From the NCBI GenBank assembly GCA_026395215.1, contig JAPLZC010000010.1, positions 206,150-263,120 on the forward strand: a stretch of DNA of 56,971 nt. The letters run 5' to 3'. The DNA is from Candidatus Staskawiczbacteria bacterium (lineage in GTDB: Bacteria > Patescibacteriota > Minisyncoccia > Minisyncoccales > Staskawiczbacteraceae). The position numbers were made by a program, and so were the translations under genes. The notes beneath the pieces are model-generated. The model did not search any database. It was not told the DNA's origin and saw only the letters and a program-made list of their open reading frames with translations. Shown one piece after another: positions 34,760 through 44,559 of this stretch; the stretch's first letter is position 1, and the number at the start of each line of letters is the position of its first letter.

Positions 34760-35695
34760 ATGAATAAAAATTTACTGATTATTTTAATTTCTACGTGCTT
34801 TTTTGCGGACGGGGTTTTTGCAGCAGACAGAGTAGATATTAATACAGCTTCTTTGCAACAATTAGACACTCTAACTGGAATTGGACCGGTATATGCGCAA
34901 CGTATAATAGATGGCAGGCCGTATTCTTCAATAAATGATCTAGATAATGTAAAAGGAATTGGACCGGCAACTTTGCAAAAAATAAAAGACCAAGGATTAG
35001 CCTGTGTAAATTGTTCGACGTCCGACGTCGAACAAACTCAGCCGACTCCCCCTGTGCCAACGCCCACTCCAACACCTAACACCCAAAATCCAACACCTAT
35101 AACCTACCCATCGGGCATATATATAAACGAAATTTTGCCAAATCCGACGGGGGCGGATGAAACAGACGAATATGTAGAAATTTACAACTCAAATAGTACC
35201 GATGTGGATTTGTCTGGGTGGCAGTTACAAGACAGAGCCGGTACAATAACAACCTACACAATCCCAAGCATCACCAAAATTATGGCCAACGGATTTTTAG
35301 TCCTCAAAAGACCAGAGACAAAAATAATGTTGAATAATGAACAGGATGGTTTAAACTTGCTAACACCAGATAAAAAGACCGTGGACTCTGTTAATTTTAC
35401 TTCGTCTCCTTTAGGACAATCTTATGGTAAAACATCCTCCGGATGGAGTTGGAGCACAACTCTAACACCTGGGACTATGAATATTATTACGGCTATTACA
35501 AAAGCAGTATTGCCAAAAGCAGATAATTCTGTTAAAAATAACAGTGTTACCCCGCTTGCAGCGGGTTTGAGCCAAAGCATAGATATCAACCAGACAAATC
35601 CTTGGTTTTTATTTTTTACGGTTTTGGGGGTAACGATAATTTTAGCTATATTAGTATTATTAATTAAATTAAGGTTTTTTAAAACACAACACTAA
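34760..35695 (+). CDS. ComEA-like HhH protein fused to lamin-tail domain, C-terminal TM
   Basis: VDINTAS..LDTLTGIGP..AQRII; INEILPNP...EYVEIYN...VDLSGWQL; signal peptide and C-terminal helix. Confidence 0.85.
   Translation: MNKNLLIILISTCFFADGVFAADRVDINTASLQQLDTLTGIGPVYAQRIIDGRPYSSINDLDNVKGIGPATLQKIKDQGLACVNCSTSDVEQTQPTPPVPTPTPTPNTQNPTPITYPSGIYINEILPNPTGADETDEYVEIYNSNSTDVDLSGWQLQDRAGTITTYTIPSITKIMANGFLVLKRPETKIMLNNEQDGLNLLTPDKKTVDSVNFTSSPLGQSYGKTSSGWSWSTTLTPGTMNIITAITKAVLPKADNSVKNNSVTPLAAGLSQSIDINQTNPWFLFFTVLGVTIILAILVLLIKLRFFKTQH
35011..35035. repeat. 25-nt palindrome in frame in ComEA-like gene
   Basis: TTGTTCGACGTC-C-GACGTCGAACAA; encodes CSTSDVEQ. Confidence 0.75.
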
Positions 35696-35775
35696 TCTAC
35701 GGAAAATATTCTAATCTACGGAAACACGAATTCGTATTTTTGTAGATTAGTATAAGATTTGTAGATTAGTATTAT
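35692..35775. repeat. Inverted array CTAATCTAC x2 / GTAGATTAG x2 between comEA-like gene and yebC
   Basis: Units at 35692, 35711; central palindrome ACGAATTCGT 35726-35735; inverted units at 35742, 35761. Confidence 0.9.
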
Positions 35776-35781
35776 ACTTTT

Positions 35782-36507
35782 ATGTCAGGACATAGTCATG
35801 CAAAAACAGTCATGGCCACAAAAATGGCCAATAACGCCCAAAAGGGCAAAATGCTATCCAAATACGGCAGACTAATTACAATAGCCGTAAAAGACGGAGG
35901 CGGTTCTGGAGACCCTGAGAAAAATTCTAAGCTTAAGGCTATAATTGAGCAAGCAAAAGGTGCCAATATGCCCAAAGAAAACATTGAAAGGGCAATTAAA
36001 AAAGGAACCGGTGAATTGGCCGGCGAAAGTTTGGAGTCGGTTTCTTACGAAGGTTTTGGCCCAGCTGGAATTGCCGTAGTTGTCAGCGGAATTACTGATA
36101 ATACAAATAGAACTTTAGGCGAAATAAGATCTATTTTTAACCAAAACAACGGTAAAATGGCCGGCGAAGGAGCAGTAAAATGGATGTTTGAGAGTAAAGG
36201 AACAATAACCGTTTCAGTAGCAGGAACATCGAAAGAAGAATTAGAGTTATTAGCCATAGAGCTTGGAGCCGAAGATGTTGCCGCCCGCGAAAACACAGTT
36301 GATATTTACACAAAACCAGAGAATTTAGACCTCGTAAAAAAAGCCCTAGAAGCAAAAGGAATAAAAATAGACTCTGCATCTATAGATTTTGTAGCTAAAG
36401 AAGAAGTCACAATTTCTGAAAAAGAAAGAGAACAAGCCCAACGCCTCTTCGAAGCCCTAGACGACAACGACGCCGTCAACGAAATCTACTCCAACCTAAA
36501 AAACTAA
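35782..36507 (+). CDS. yebC: YebC/PmpR family protein
   Basis: MSGHS, NMPKENIERAI, YEGFGPAG, TDNTNRT, LDDNDAVNEIYSN. Confidence 0.93.
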   Translation: MSGHSHAKTVMATKMANNAQKGKMLSKYGRLITIAVKDGGGSGDPEKNSKLKAIIEQAKGANMPKENIERAIKKGTGELAGESLESVSYEGFGPAGIAVVVSGITDNTNRTLGEIRSIFNQNNGKMAGEGAVKWMFESKGTITVSVAGTSKEELELLAIELGAEDVAARENTVDIYTKPENLDLVKKALEAKGIKIDSASIDFVAKEEVTISEKEREQAQRLFEALDDNDAVNEIYSNLKN

Positions 36508-36572
36508 ATTATTCTGTACAAAAAAATCCGCAGATTTGTCTCCGCGGATTTTTCATAGATATTATTTCTTAT

Positions 36573-37045
36573 CTATTCAGCGATCTCATCGGCTGGAGCT
36601 AAAAATTTCCTACTAACCGACATAATTCCATCGTAATAACCATCAAGTCCCGACGCAAAAATAGAAATCATTGTTGGGTCCCCTTTTTTTAATGCATCCC
36701 TTAAATTATCAATCTGTATTCTTAATTTGTGAAAAAAATCTAAACTAATACTGGCTTCAAAAACCGCTAAAGACTCTTTTAGTTCTTGTATTTTTTCTAG
36801 ACGTTGTTCTACATATTCAGGATTGACTGTACCATCAGGTTCAGCCATGTCTGTGCAATTATTCAAAAGTGTTTCTAACTTTGTGCCAAAAGAGCTATCC
36901 TCTCCTTGCCGTCTTTGTAGATCAAAGTTACGAACTGATTGGCAGTATCGTAATTAGTTCCAAAGGCAGCCATTTTTTGTTCTTTGATTTGCTCTAGGGT
37001 TAATTGTTCTTCAACTCTTGGTTCTTCTCCAGTTTTTCTTGGCAT
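36573..37045 (-). pseudogene. Probable frameshifted hypothetical gene
   Basis: ATG 37045 frame (MPRKTGEEPRVEEQ...) stops after 56 codons while overlapping the open frame that continues into the 36573-36866 ORF; total 473 nt. Confidence 0.5.
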
Positions 37046-37230
37046 AATTTTATTTTTTATTTAATTTTATTATCTTGCCTTTAGTTTACCCCCGCCCGGC
37101 GACTTCAAGTCAAGGGCCGTATACTGTTTTTTGGCTCAAGCCAAAAAACATACTATTATTGAGAATACAAAAAATCGTAATAAATCAATCGCGTTTTGGC
37201 TAATTTTTTGGTAGAATGGAGATAAACAAA

Positions 37231-37259
37231 CCTGACAAAAGCTAAAGCATTTTGACGGG
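37231..37259. repeat. 29-nt palindromic element upstream of BRO gene
   Basis: CCTGACAAAAGCTAAAGCATTTTGACGGG; same arms as the ileS and 30052 half-elements. Confidence 0.8.
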
Positions 37260-37271
37260 CAAAAACAATAT

Positions 37272-38126
37272 ATGGAAAAAGACAAGGTGGGTGTAGACCA
37301 AAATAAAATAACGAAGATTGTTCTGTTTAAAGGTCAAAAAATTAGGAAAACTATTTACCAAAATGAATGGTGGTTTTCGGTGATAGCTGTTGTGGGCGCT
37401 CTTACAGATAGCTTAGACCCCAATGACTATTGGCATAAAATGAAAACCCGAGTAAAAGATGAAGAAAAAATTGAGTTATCGACAATTTGTCGACAACTGA
37501 AATTAGAATCCTCTGATGGGAAAAAGTATGAAACCGATTGTGCTAACACAGAAGGGATTTTTAGGATTATACAGTCTATCCCCTCGCCCAAGGCTGAGCC
37601 ATTTAAGAGGTGGTTGGCAAAAGTCGGGCATGAGAGAGTGCAGGAAATTGAAAACCCTGAATTAGCGACCAAGCGTACCAGAATGCTTTACAAACTAAAA
37701 GGCTACTCTGATGATTGGATTGAAAAAAGAATGCGCGGGATTTTTATCCGCGAAGAACTTACAGATGAGTGGCAAAAGAGAGGAGCTGCTGAACAAAAGG
37801 ATTATGAAATTTTGACTGCGGAAATTTCAAAGGCGACTTTTGGAGTCACTCCAAGCGATTACAAAAAACTGAAAAATTTAAAACGAGAGAATTTACGAGA
37901 CCACATGGATGATTTAGAATTAATTTTTGTTATGTTGGGAGAACGGTCAACAACGGAAATTCATAGAACCAAAAACTCACAAGGAATGCCAAAATTAAAA
38001 AGTGATGCCACTACGGGTGGAGATATCGCTGGTGGAGCTCGGAAGAAATTAGAGCAAAGATTGGGAAAATCAATAGTTTCTAAAAATAATTATTTAAAAA
38101 GTCCTCAAGACAGGAAAAAATTATGA
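37272..38126 (+). CDS. BRO-N domain protein (antirepressor-like)
   Basis: EWWFSVIAVV, DGKKYETDCA, RIIQSIPSPKAEPFKRWLA, NLRDHM. Confidence 0.85.
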   Translation: MEKDKVGVDQNKITKIVLFKGQKIRKTIYQNEWWFSVIAVVGALTDSLDPNDYWHKMKTRVKDEEKIELSTICRQLKLESSDGKKYETDCANTEGIFRIIQSIPSPKAEPFKRWLAKVGHERVQEIENPELATKRTRMLYKLKGYSDDWIEKRMRGIFIREELTDEWQKRGAAEQKDYEILTAEISKATFGVTPSDYKKLKNLKRENLRDHMDDLELIFVMLGERSTTEIHRTKNSQGMPKLKSDATTGGDIAGGARKKLEQRLGKSIVSKNNYLKSPQDRKKL

Positions 38127-38614
38127 TTATCTTAGGCATTGACCCGGGGTCGGTGATTGTGGGATATTCTATTATTAAGAAACATACTGCTCAGAGGCTT
38201 GAGGTGGTGGATTTTGGGTGTATTATTACGGATAAGTTTGCTACAACGGGAGAAAGATTAAAGCATATTTATAAAGAAGTGAATAAGTTAATAGAGAAAT
38301 ACAAGCCAGGTGTAATGTCCGTGGAAACCTTGTTCTTTTTTAAGAATTTAAAGACTGTTATGCCGGTCAGTCAGACCAGAGGGGTTATTTTATTGGCGGC
38401 AGCAGAGAAGAAACTACTTACCTATGAGTTCACTCCCCTACAGATGAAAATGGCCATTACCGGGTATGGCAGAGCGGAAAAAAAACAAATTAAACAGATG
38501 ATTGAAAAAACAGTAGACATAAGCGGGTTTGATTTGAAAAAGAATAACAGGAAAAAGGATGACGCATATGACGCTTTGGGGGTTGCAATTTGTGCTGCAA
38601 TAAAAAGTTATTAG
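38123..38614 (+). CDS. ruvC: Holliday junction resolvase
   Basis: ILGIDPG, VETLFF, TGYGRAEK, DDAYDAL. Confidence 0.96.
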   Translation: MIILGIDPGSVIVGYSIIKKHTAQRLEVVDFGCIITDKFATTGERLKHIYKEVNKLIEKYKPGVMSVETLFFFKNLKTVMPVSQTRGVILLAAAEKKLLTYEFTPLQMKMAITGYGRAEKKQIKQMIEKTVDISGFDLKKNNRKKDDAYDALGVAICAAIKSY

Positions 38615-38711
38615 GGCGGGTAGAGGCGTCTGTGCAGAAGGGGGTATTGACAATAACTCTTAAAAAAATATAATGATAAAATATAATAATTAAAAATAAC
38701 AAAATAAAAAA

Positions 38712-38891
38712 ATGGAAGAGGAATTTTTAACAAGGTTAATAAGTGAAGACGATGATATTGATGACGCGTGGACAGACACAGATGACGACGATGCCGATGA
38801 TGAAGAAGATGATTTAGACGATGACACAGATGACGCCGATGACGACGCTGAAAAAACTGACGATGACGACACATTAGGCGACGAAGAATAA
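38712..38891 (+). CDS. Hyper-acidic 59-aa microprotein (below ORF-track cutoff)
   Basis: MEEEFLTRLISEDDDIDDAWTDTDDDDADDEEDDLDDDTDDADDDAEKTDDDDTLGDEE; 36/59 D+E; terminator at 38908-38940. Confidence 0.75.
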   Translation: MEEEFLTRLISEDDDIDDAWTDTDDDDADDEEDDLDDDTDDADDDAEKTDDDDTLGDEE

Positions 38892-39010
38892 AATATCCGC
38901 AAAACAGACTCTGCCGACTAAAACTCGGCGGAGTTTTCTTTTCTTCTTGTGTTGTGCTAAGCCTTGCTTTTTTACCGGTTTTGTCCTTTAATTAATGAAT
39001 TAATAAAATT

Positions 39011-41158
39011 ATGAAGAACAAAAAACATATCTGGCTTTTAATATTAAAATACTTGGCCTTTTTATTTTTGGCTGGGTGTTTGTTAATTTTGGCTGTATTT
39101 ATTTATTTCACATGGAATCTACCCCAGCCGGAAAAATTTACTGAAACTCCATTTATACAGTCAACCAAAATATACGACAGCACCGGCAAAACTCTCTTAT
39201 ATGATATTTATGGAGAGGAAAAAAGGGAAATTGTTTCTTTTGATAAAATTTCTGACAATTTGAAACACTCTGTGCTGGCATCGGAAGATTCGCGTTTTTA
39301 TCAACATGGAGGTATAGATCCCATTGGAATACTACGAGCTGTCTGGGTTGATATAACTTCGCAATCAAAAAGCCAAGGAGGGTCCACAATAACTCAACAA
39401 CTTATAAGGTCTGTATATTTAACAAACCAAAAAAGTCTCTCTAGAAAAATACGGGAGGTTGTTTTGAGCATAGAATTGGAAAATAAATATTCTAAGGACC
39501 AAATTCTTGACTGGTATTTGAATCAGATTCCTTTTGGCCAAAACGCGTATGGAGCGGAAGCCGCCAGCCAAACATATTTTAGCAAACCAGCCTCCGACCT
39601 TTCTATAGCTGAGGCGGCGGTTTTAACCGCTATGGTCCCCGCTCCAAGTTATTATTCTCCCTACGGCCCTCATAAAGCGGAATTACTGCAATCAAAAAAT
39701 ACAATATTGGAAAAAATGCAAAAATTAGAATATATAACGCCTGATCAGTTAAAAACAGCCAGAGCTGAAAAATTGAACTTTTCTGAAAATACCCAATCAA
39801 TAAAAGCCCCCGACTTTGTACTGTATGTTAAAAAATATTTAGATGATAAATATGGAGAAAATTACCTAAAAGAAAAAGGGCTAAGGGTTTATACAACTCT
39901 AAACTGGGATCTGCAACAGTTTGTTGAGCAGACTATGAAAGACGCCAACACCACAAATATTAGTAAGGGCGCATATAATGCGGCAATGACTGTTTTAGAC
40001 CCAAGGAACGGCCAAATTTTAGCTTTGGTGGGCTCAAAGGATTACTTTGCAGATTCGTACCCGGCAGGTTGCGAAGATAATGGACCGGGAAACTGTTTAT
40101 TTGACCCAAAATATGACGTAGCCACAATGGGAACTCGTCAGCCGGGATCTTCATTCAAACCTTTTGCCTATGCCACTGCGTTTGAAAAGGGGTACACTCC
40201 AAACACTGTTGTCTGGGACACAAAAACAGAATTCAACCCCAACTGTGATCCAAGTGGAGATCAAAATACAGATCCAAATGGCCAGCAATGTTATAGCCCT
40301 CAAGATTATGACGGCAAAAACAGAGGCCCCGTAACTTTGCGCACTGCGCTTAATTGCTCGTTAAATATTCCAGCTGTAAAAGTTTTGTATTTGGCAGGAA
40401 TCCCCGACACTCTAAAAACAGCGGGCGCCTTGGGCATTACAACTTTGACTGACACAAAAAATTACGGCTTGTCTTTAGTCTTGGGTGGAGGAGATGTTAA
40501 TTTATTAGAAATGACTTCTGCTTACGGGGTTTTTGCGGCAGAAGGAAATTATTTGCCCCCTGTTAGTATTTCAAAAATTACCGATTCGGACGGAAATATT
40601 ATTGAACAAAATCAAACCCAGCCGACAAAGGTTTTAGATACTCAGATTGCCAGACAAATAAATGATATCTTGTCAGACAACAATGCAAGGGCCCCAATTT
40701 TTGGCGCGCACTCCCCTTTATATTTACCAGGATACCAAGTTGCCGCCAAAACAGGCACAACACAAAACTTTGTTGACGGTTGGACAGTAGGATATACGCC
40801 ATTCGCGGTTGTTGGAGTTTGGACAGGTAACAATAATAACTCGCCTACAAATGATGAGGGTGTAGGAATTGCGGCTCCAATGTGGAACAGAATTATGACA
40901 AAAATAGTTTCTGAAAACCCAATACAAAGTTTTACTCCACCAGATCCAATTACAAACAAAAGCCCAGTTTTAATGGGCCAACTTCCAGCAACAGATACTC
41001 ACACAATCTTATACTATATTAACAAAAATAATCCAGAAGGCCCTCAACCTCAAGACCCAACAACTGATCCTCAATACTCTAGCTGGCAGACAGGAATTAA
41101 TAACTGGCTAATATCCTCCGGGAGAACACAAGACATAGTTACTCCCGTTGGCCAATAA
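39011..41158 (+). CDS. Class A penicillin-binding protein (transglycosylase-transpeptidase)
   Basis: EDSRFYQHGG, GGSTITQQL, RKIRE, YLN; SSFK, SLN, KTGT. Confidence 0.95.
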   Translation: MKNKKHIWLLILKYLAFLFLAGCLLILAVFIYFTWNLPQPEKFTETPFIQSTKIYDSTGKTLLYDIYGEEKREIVSFDKISDNLKHSVLASEDSRFYQHGGIDPIGILRAVWVDITSQSKSQGGSTITQQLIRSVYLTNQKSLSRKIREVVLSIELENKYSKDQILDWYLNQIPFGQNAYGAEAASQTYFSKPASDLSIAEAAVLTAMVPAPSYYSPYGPHKAELLQSKNTILEKMQKLEYITPDQLKTARAEKLNFSENTQSIKAPDFVLYVKKYLDDKYGENYLKEKGLRVYTTLNWDLQQFVEQTMKDANTTNISKGAYNAAMTVLDPRNGQILALVGSKDYFADSYPAGCEDNGPGNCLFDPKYDVATMGTRQPGSSFKPFAYATAFEKGYTPNTVVWDTKTEFNPNCDPSGDQNTDPNGQQCYSPQDYDGKNRGPVTLRTALNCSLNIPAVKVLYLAGIPDTLKTAGALGITTLTDTKNYGLSLVLGGGDVNLLEMTSAYGVFAAEGNYLPPVSISKITDSDGNIIEQNQTQPTKVLDTQIARQINDILSDNNARAPIFGAHSPLYLPGYQVAAKTGTTQNFVDGWTVGYTPFAVVGVWTGNNNNSPTNDEGVGIAAPMWNRIMTKIVSENPIQSFTPPDPITNKSPVLMGQLPATDTHTILYYINKNNPEGPQPQDPTTDPQYSSWQTGINNWLISSGRTQDIVTPVGQ

Positions 41159-41162
41159 AATA

Positions 41163-42293
41163 TTATACCTGAGTGGATTTTATAGGCATTACTACATAAA
41201 TGTAACTAGCATCCCCTACCGGCTTTAAAATACATGGGCCCTCTTCTTTGCTTACTTCAAATATAACTTCGGAGCTTTTTATGTTTAATAAGCCGTCAAT
41301 TAAAAATTTGTGATTAAAAGACACCTCAATGTTTTCTCCTTCAATTTTGGCAGAAATACTAGATTTGCTTTCGCCAATATCTGGGTCTTGTGCAAAAATT
41401 TCAACTTCCTTGTTTTCCACGTTTGCTATAATCTTAACCTCGTTTATTTTCCCGGCAAAAAGTGAAGCCGCTTTAATCTGATTCAAAAACTCATCTCTTT
41501 TAATAGTGATATGTGTTTTAAATTTATTTGGAATAATTTCCTCATAATTTGGATATTCTCCATCTATTAATCTTGAAATGATTTGAACTTGAGGGTGAGG
41601 AACATCGGCCATTGGAAATTCAAACATAAGTTGGTTTGCTGAAAAATATATCTTCAACTTGCCTTCTTTTTCCCCAAGCGTATTAATTATTTCCCTGGCC
41701 GGTTTTTGCGGAAGTATAAAGGTTACGTTGTTTTTGACGGGCGCTTCCAATGTAATGCTTTTTTCTGCCAATCTAAAGCTGTCTGTGGCAACTATTTTAA
41801 TTATATTTTTTGAAAAAATAAAATAAATTCCCGATATTTCCGGCCTTGCTTGCGAAGGAGAAGCAATATCCACTATTTGGGATAATCCCTGACAAAACTT
41901 TTTATTATCAATTTCTATATAGTCTAAATTTTTAAATTCTGGGATTAAAGGAAACTCTTCAGGACTGAATCCCTGAATTTGGTTTTTGAAACTTTTACAC
42001 TCAATATATAACCCTTGTTTTTTTTCCTCTAGGGAAACCTTGTCGTTAGGTAACAAGGAAACAAAGTTAGATAAAAATTTTGCAGGGACAACAACCTTCC
42101 CCTTTTTCATAATTTTAGCCAATAGCCAAATTTTTAAAGCTGTTTCCAAGTCTGTTGAACTAAAACTTAAATAATTTTCTTCTGCGTTTATTAAAACGTT
42201 ATCTAAAATTGGCAGGGACAAATTTTTCCCGACAATTTTTTCAACCACGTTTAGTCCATTTTTTAAATTTTCTTTTAGGATTTCTACTTTCAT
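41163..42293 (-). CDS. dnaN: DNA polymerase III beta clamp
   Basis: LPILDNV, STDLE, ATDSFRL, SRLIDGEYPNY, YVVMP. Confidence 0.97.
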   Translation of the reverse strand: MKVEILKENLKNGLNVVEKIVGKNLSLPILDNVLINAEENYLSFSSTDLETALKIWLLAKIMKKGKVVVPAKFLSNFVSLLPNDKVSLEEKKQGLYIECKSFKNQIQGFSPEEFPLIPEFKNLDYIEIDNKKFCQGLSQIVDIASPSQARPEISGIYFIFSKNIIKIVATDSFRLAEKSITLEAPVKNNVTFILPQKPAREIINTLGEKEGKLKIYFSANQLMFEFPMADVPHPQVQIISRLIDGEYPNYEEIIPNKFKTHITIKRDEFLNQIKAASLFAGKINEVKIIANVENKEVEIFAQDPDIGESKSSISAKIEGENIEVSFNHKFLIDGLLNIKSSEVIFEVSKEEGPCILKPVGDASYIYVVMPIKSTQV

Positions 42294-42498
42294 AATAATT
42301 AATTTTTTTATTAATATTAAATACTTATTGTTATTAGTAAATTTTTATTTTGTGTTTTTATTTTTAAAATAAGAATAGGAATATTTTATTTAGGTTCAAA
42401 TTTTTTTGTGTAAAAGTTGTGGATAAATAATATGAAGAAAATGTGTAATTTATGGTGTGTATTTTTTGAGGTTAAAGGGTTGCTCTTTTTGTACCAAG
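42294..42498. promoter_or_regulatory. Probable oriC segment (dnaA-dnaN intergenic)
   Basis: Perfect DnaA box TGTGGATAA at 42418-42426, several degenerate TGTG boxes, very AT-rich tract near dnaN. Confidence 0.7.
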
Positions 42499-43854
42499 TT
42501 ATGCACTGTATATCCTCTGTTTTATAATGTTTAGTTCTTCGGTTAGTTTGCTGTTTTCCTCATTTTCTTGCATTATTTTTTTATAAGCATAAATGGCAGT
42601 TGTGTGGTCTTTGCCTCCAAATTTTCTTGCTATTGCTGGGAATGAGTATTTTAACTCTCTTCTGAGTAAAAACATAGCTATTTGCCTTGGTTTTACAATC
42701 TCTTTTCGGCGGGTAGGGTCAAAAAGGTTTTTTTCCTCTAAATTATAGAATTTAGCAACAGACTCTATTATTTTTTTGTAGTTTGCTACATCAAACGGAG
42801 AAAAAACAAAACCCTTTAGAAGTTTTTTGACAGTTTCTATATTCAATTCTTGGTTGATTTTACTGCAAATTAAAAGCTTGTTTAGGGCGCCTTCTAACTC
42901 GCGGATGTTTTTTTTAACATTGGTAGCAATATAATCTAAAATATCTTCTGGCAAATCCATATTTTTTTCCTGTAGTTTTTGTTTTAAAATAACCAGCCTT
43001 GTTTCATAATCTGGTAGGCTGACGTCAGCAATCATTCCCCCTTCAAATCTAGATCTTAGCCTGTCTTCCAATTCAGCTATGGCGTTTGGCGGTCTGTCTG
43101 AGGAAAGTATTATTTGTTTATTTTTTTCATACAAAGAATTAAAAACATGGAAAAACTCCTCCTGGCTTTTGTTTTTCCCGGCAATAAATTGTATATCATC
43201 TAAAATTAGAACATCAATTGGAGCCAAGCTGGCTTTAAAAACTTCCATAGTGTTTGTTCTAATAGCGGAAACAATACCGGAAACAAATTTTTCTGAAGAA
43301 ATATATTTTACTTTTTTCTTTTTTGCCTCGTCGCCTATTTTGTTGCCAATAGCCTGTATTAAATGTGTTTTTCCAAGTCCTGTTCCCCCATAAATAAAAA
43401 GAGGGTTATATGTAAGTCCGGGGTTTTCAGCCACAGCCAAGGCAGCTGCATGAGCCAACTCATTAAACGAGCCCACAACAAAATTATTAAAAGTGTACCT
43501 AGGATTTAAGTTGGTTTCTTTATTTATTTTAAATTCTTCAAATTTTAGTTGAGCGTCTTCTGGCCTTTCATCTTCAATAGTAACCAAAGGCGGGGCATTT
43601 TTTGCTGTTTGGGGTTTTATGACAAAATCCAACTCCTTTATAGAGTCGTCTATATCATGCAGGGTTTTTAAAATCAGCTTATTATATTTATTACTTAGCC
43701 ACTCTTTAGAAAAAGCATTTGGCACTGAAATTATTATTTTCTCATTTTCTTTGGAAATAATCTCAGTATTCTGGAACCAAGTAGCAAAGTTTGCTTTGGA
43801 AATATGAAACTGCATCTGCGCTAGGACAGACTGCCAAAGTTCTATATTATTCAT
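42499..43854 (-). CDS. dnaA: Chromosomal replication initiator
   Basis: LNPRYTF, YNPLFIYGGTGLGKTHL, DDIQF, RLRSRF, NIRELEGAL, KDHTT. Confidence 0.98.
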   Translation of the reverse strand: MNNIELWQSVLAQMQFHISKANFATWFQNTEIISKENEKIIISVPNAFSKEWLSNKYNKLILKTLHDIDDSIKELDFVIKPQTAKNAPPLVTIEDERPEDAQLKFEEFKINKETNLNPRYTFNNFVVGSFNELAHAAALAVAENPGLTYNPLFIYGGTGLGKTHLIQAIGNKIGDEAKKKKVKYISSEKFVSGIVSAIRTNTMEVFKASLAPIDVLILDDIQFIAGKNKSQEEFFHVFNSLYEKNKQIILSSDRPPNAIAELEDRLRSRFEGGMIADVSLPDYETRLVILKQKLQEKNMDLPEDILDYIATNVKKNIRELEGALNKLLICSKINQELNIETVKKLLKGFVFSPFDVANYKKIIESVAKFYNLEEKNLFDPTRRKEIVKPRQIAMFLLRRELKYSFPAIARKFGGKDHTTAIYAYKKIMQENEENSKLTEELNIIKQRIYSA

Positions 43855-43959
43855 ATAATTAAACTAAAAACCATTTGTTAACTTAAAGTATATTGTATTT
43901 TGCCTTTTTATTGAGGCCCTTGTCAAATGAGAGTAAGACAGAGAGAGGTGTTATTAAAC

Positions 43960-43968
43960 TGTGGATAA
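43960..43968. promoter_or_regulatory. DnaA box upstream of dnaA
   Basis: TGTGGATAA in dnaA-rpmH intergenic region. Confidence 0.8.
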
Positions 43969-44088
43969 GCTGTGAAGCCTATGTTATGGGCAGACGCACA
44001 ATAAATATTATGTAATAATCATCTTGTAAATTTCCCTTTTCCAGGTTATACTGTTTATATTATACATTAATAAAATAAATATACTACA

Positions 44089-44223
44089 ATGAGCTTTACA
44101 TACAAACCAAAAAAGAAAAAAAGAGCCCGCACTCACGGCTTTATGAGAAGAAAAAAGACAAAAACCGGCAGACAGGTACTTGCGCGAAGAAGAAGAAAAG
44201 GCAGAGCAAAAATTGCCATATAA
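44089..44223 (+). CDS. rpmH: 50S ribosomal protein L34 (not in ORF track)
   Basis: [44 protein letters not shown]. Confidence 0.97.
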   Translation: MSFTYKPKKKKRARTHGFMRRKKTKTGRQVLARRRRKGRAKIAI

Positions 44224-44229
44224 GCTTTT

Positions 44230-44559
44230 ATGTTACCCAAGACCAACAGGATAAGGAAAAAAAGAGACTTTGAGACAATTTTTGCAAATTCTAAAAGCTT
44301 AAAGAACAGTCTTTTTATTTTTAGAATTGCAAAAAATAATTTAGGGCTGAATAGATTTGGTTTTGTGGTAAGTCTAAAGGTGTCAAAAAGGGCGGTTGTT
44401 AGGAATAAAGTCAGAAGAAGGTTAGCAGAGATTATGGCAGTTGAGGAAAAAAGTATCAAACCAGGGAAAGACATAGTTTTAATAGCCCTGCCCGGCATAG
44501 AAAAAAAAGAATTTTCTGAAATTAAAGAAGCAATACATAATATATGTTCCAATCTATAG
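44230..44559 (+). CDS. rnpA: Ribonuclease P protein component
   Basis: RFGFVVSLKVSKRAVVRNKVRRRL. Confidence 0.95.
   Translation: MLPKTNRIRKKRDFETIFANSKSLKNSLFIFRIAKNNLGLNRFGFVVSLKVSKRAVVRNKVRRRLAEIMAVEEKSIKPGKDIVLIALPGIEKKEFSEIKEAIHNICSNL

Noticed and set aside
37272-38126. Prophage suggested by the BRO/antirepressor-like gene
   Set aside because: No integrase, structural or replication phage genes nearby; the gene overlaps ruvC as part of a host operon.
38611-38902. His/Arg-rich and Ser-rich minus-strand ORFs
   Set aside because: Antisense readings of the Asp-rich + strand gene, which has a proper start and terminator.
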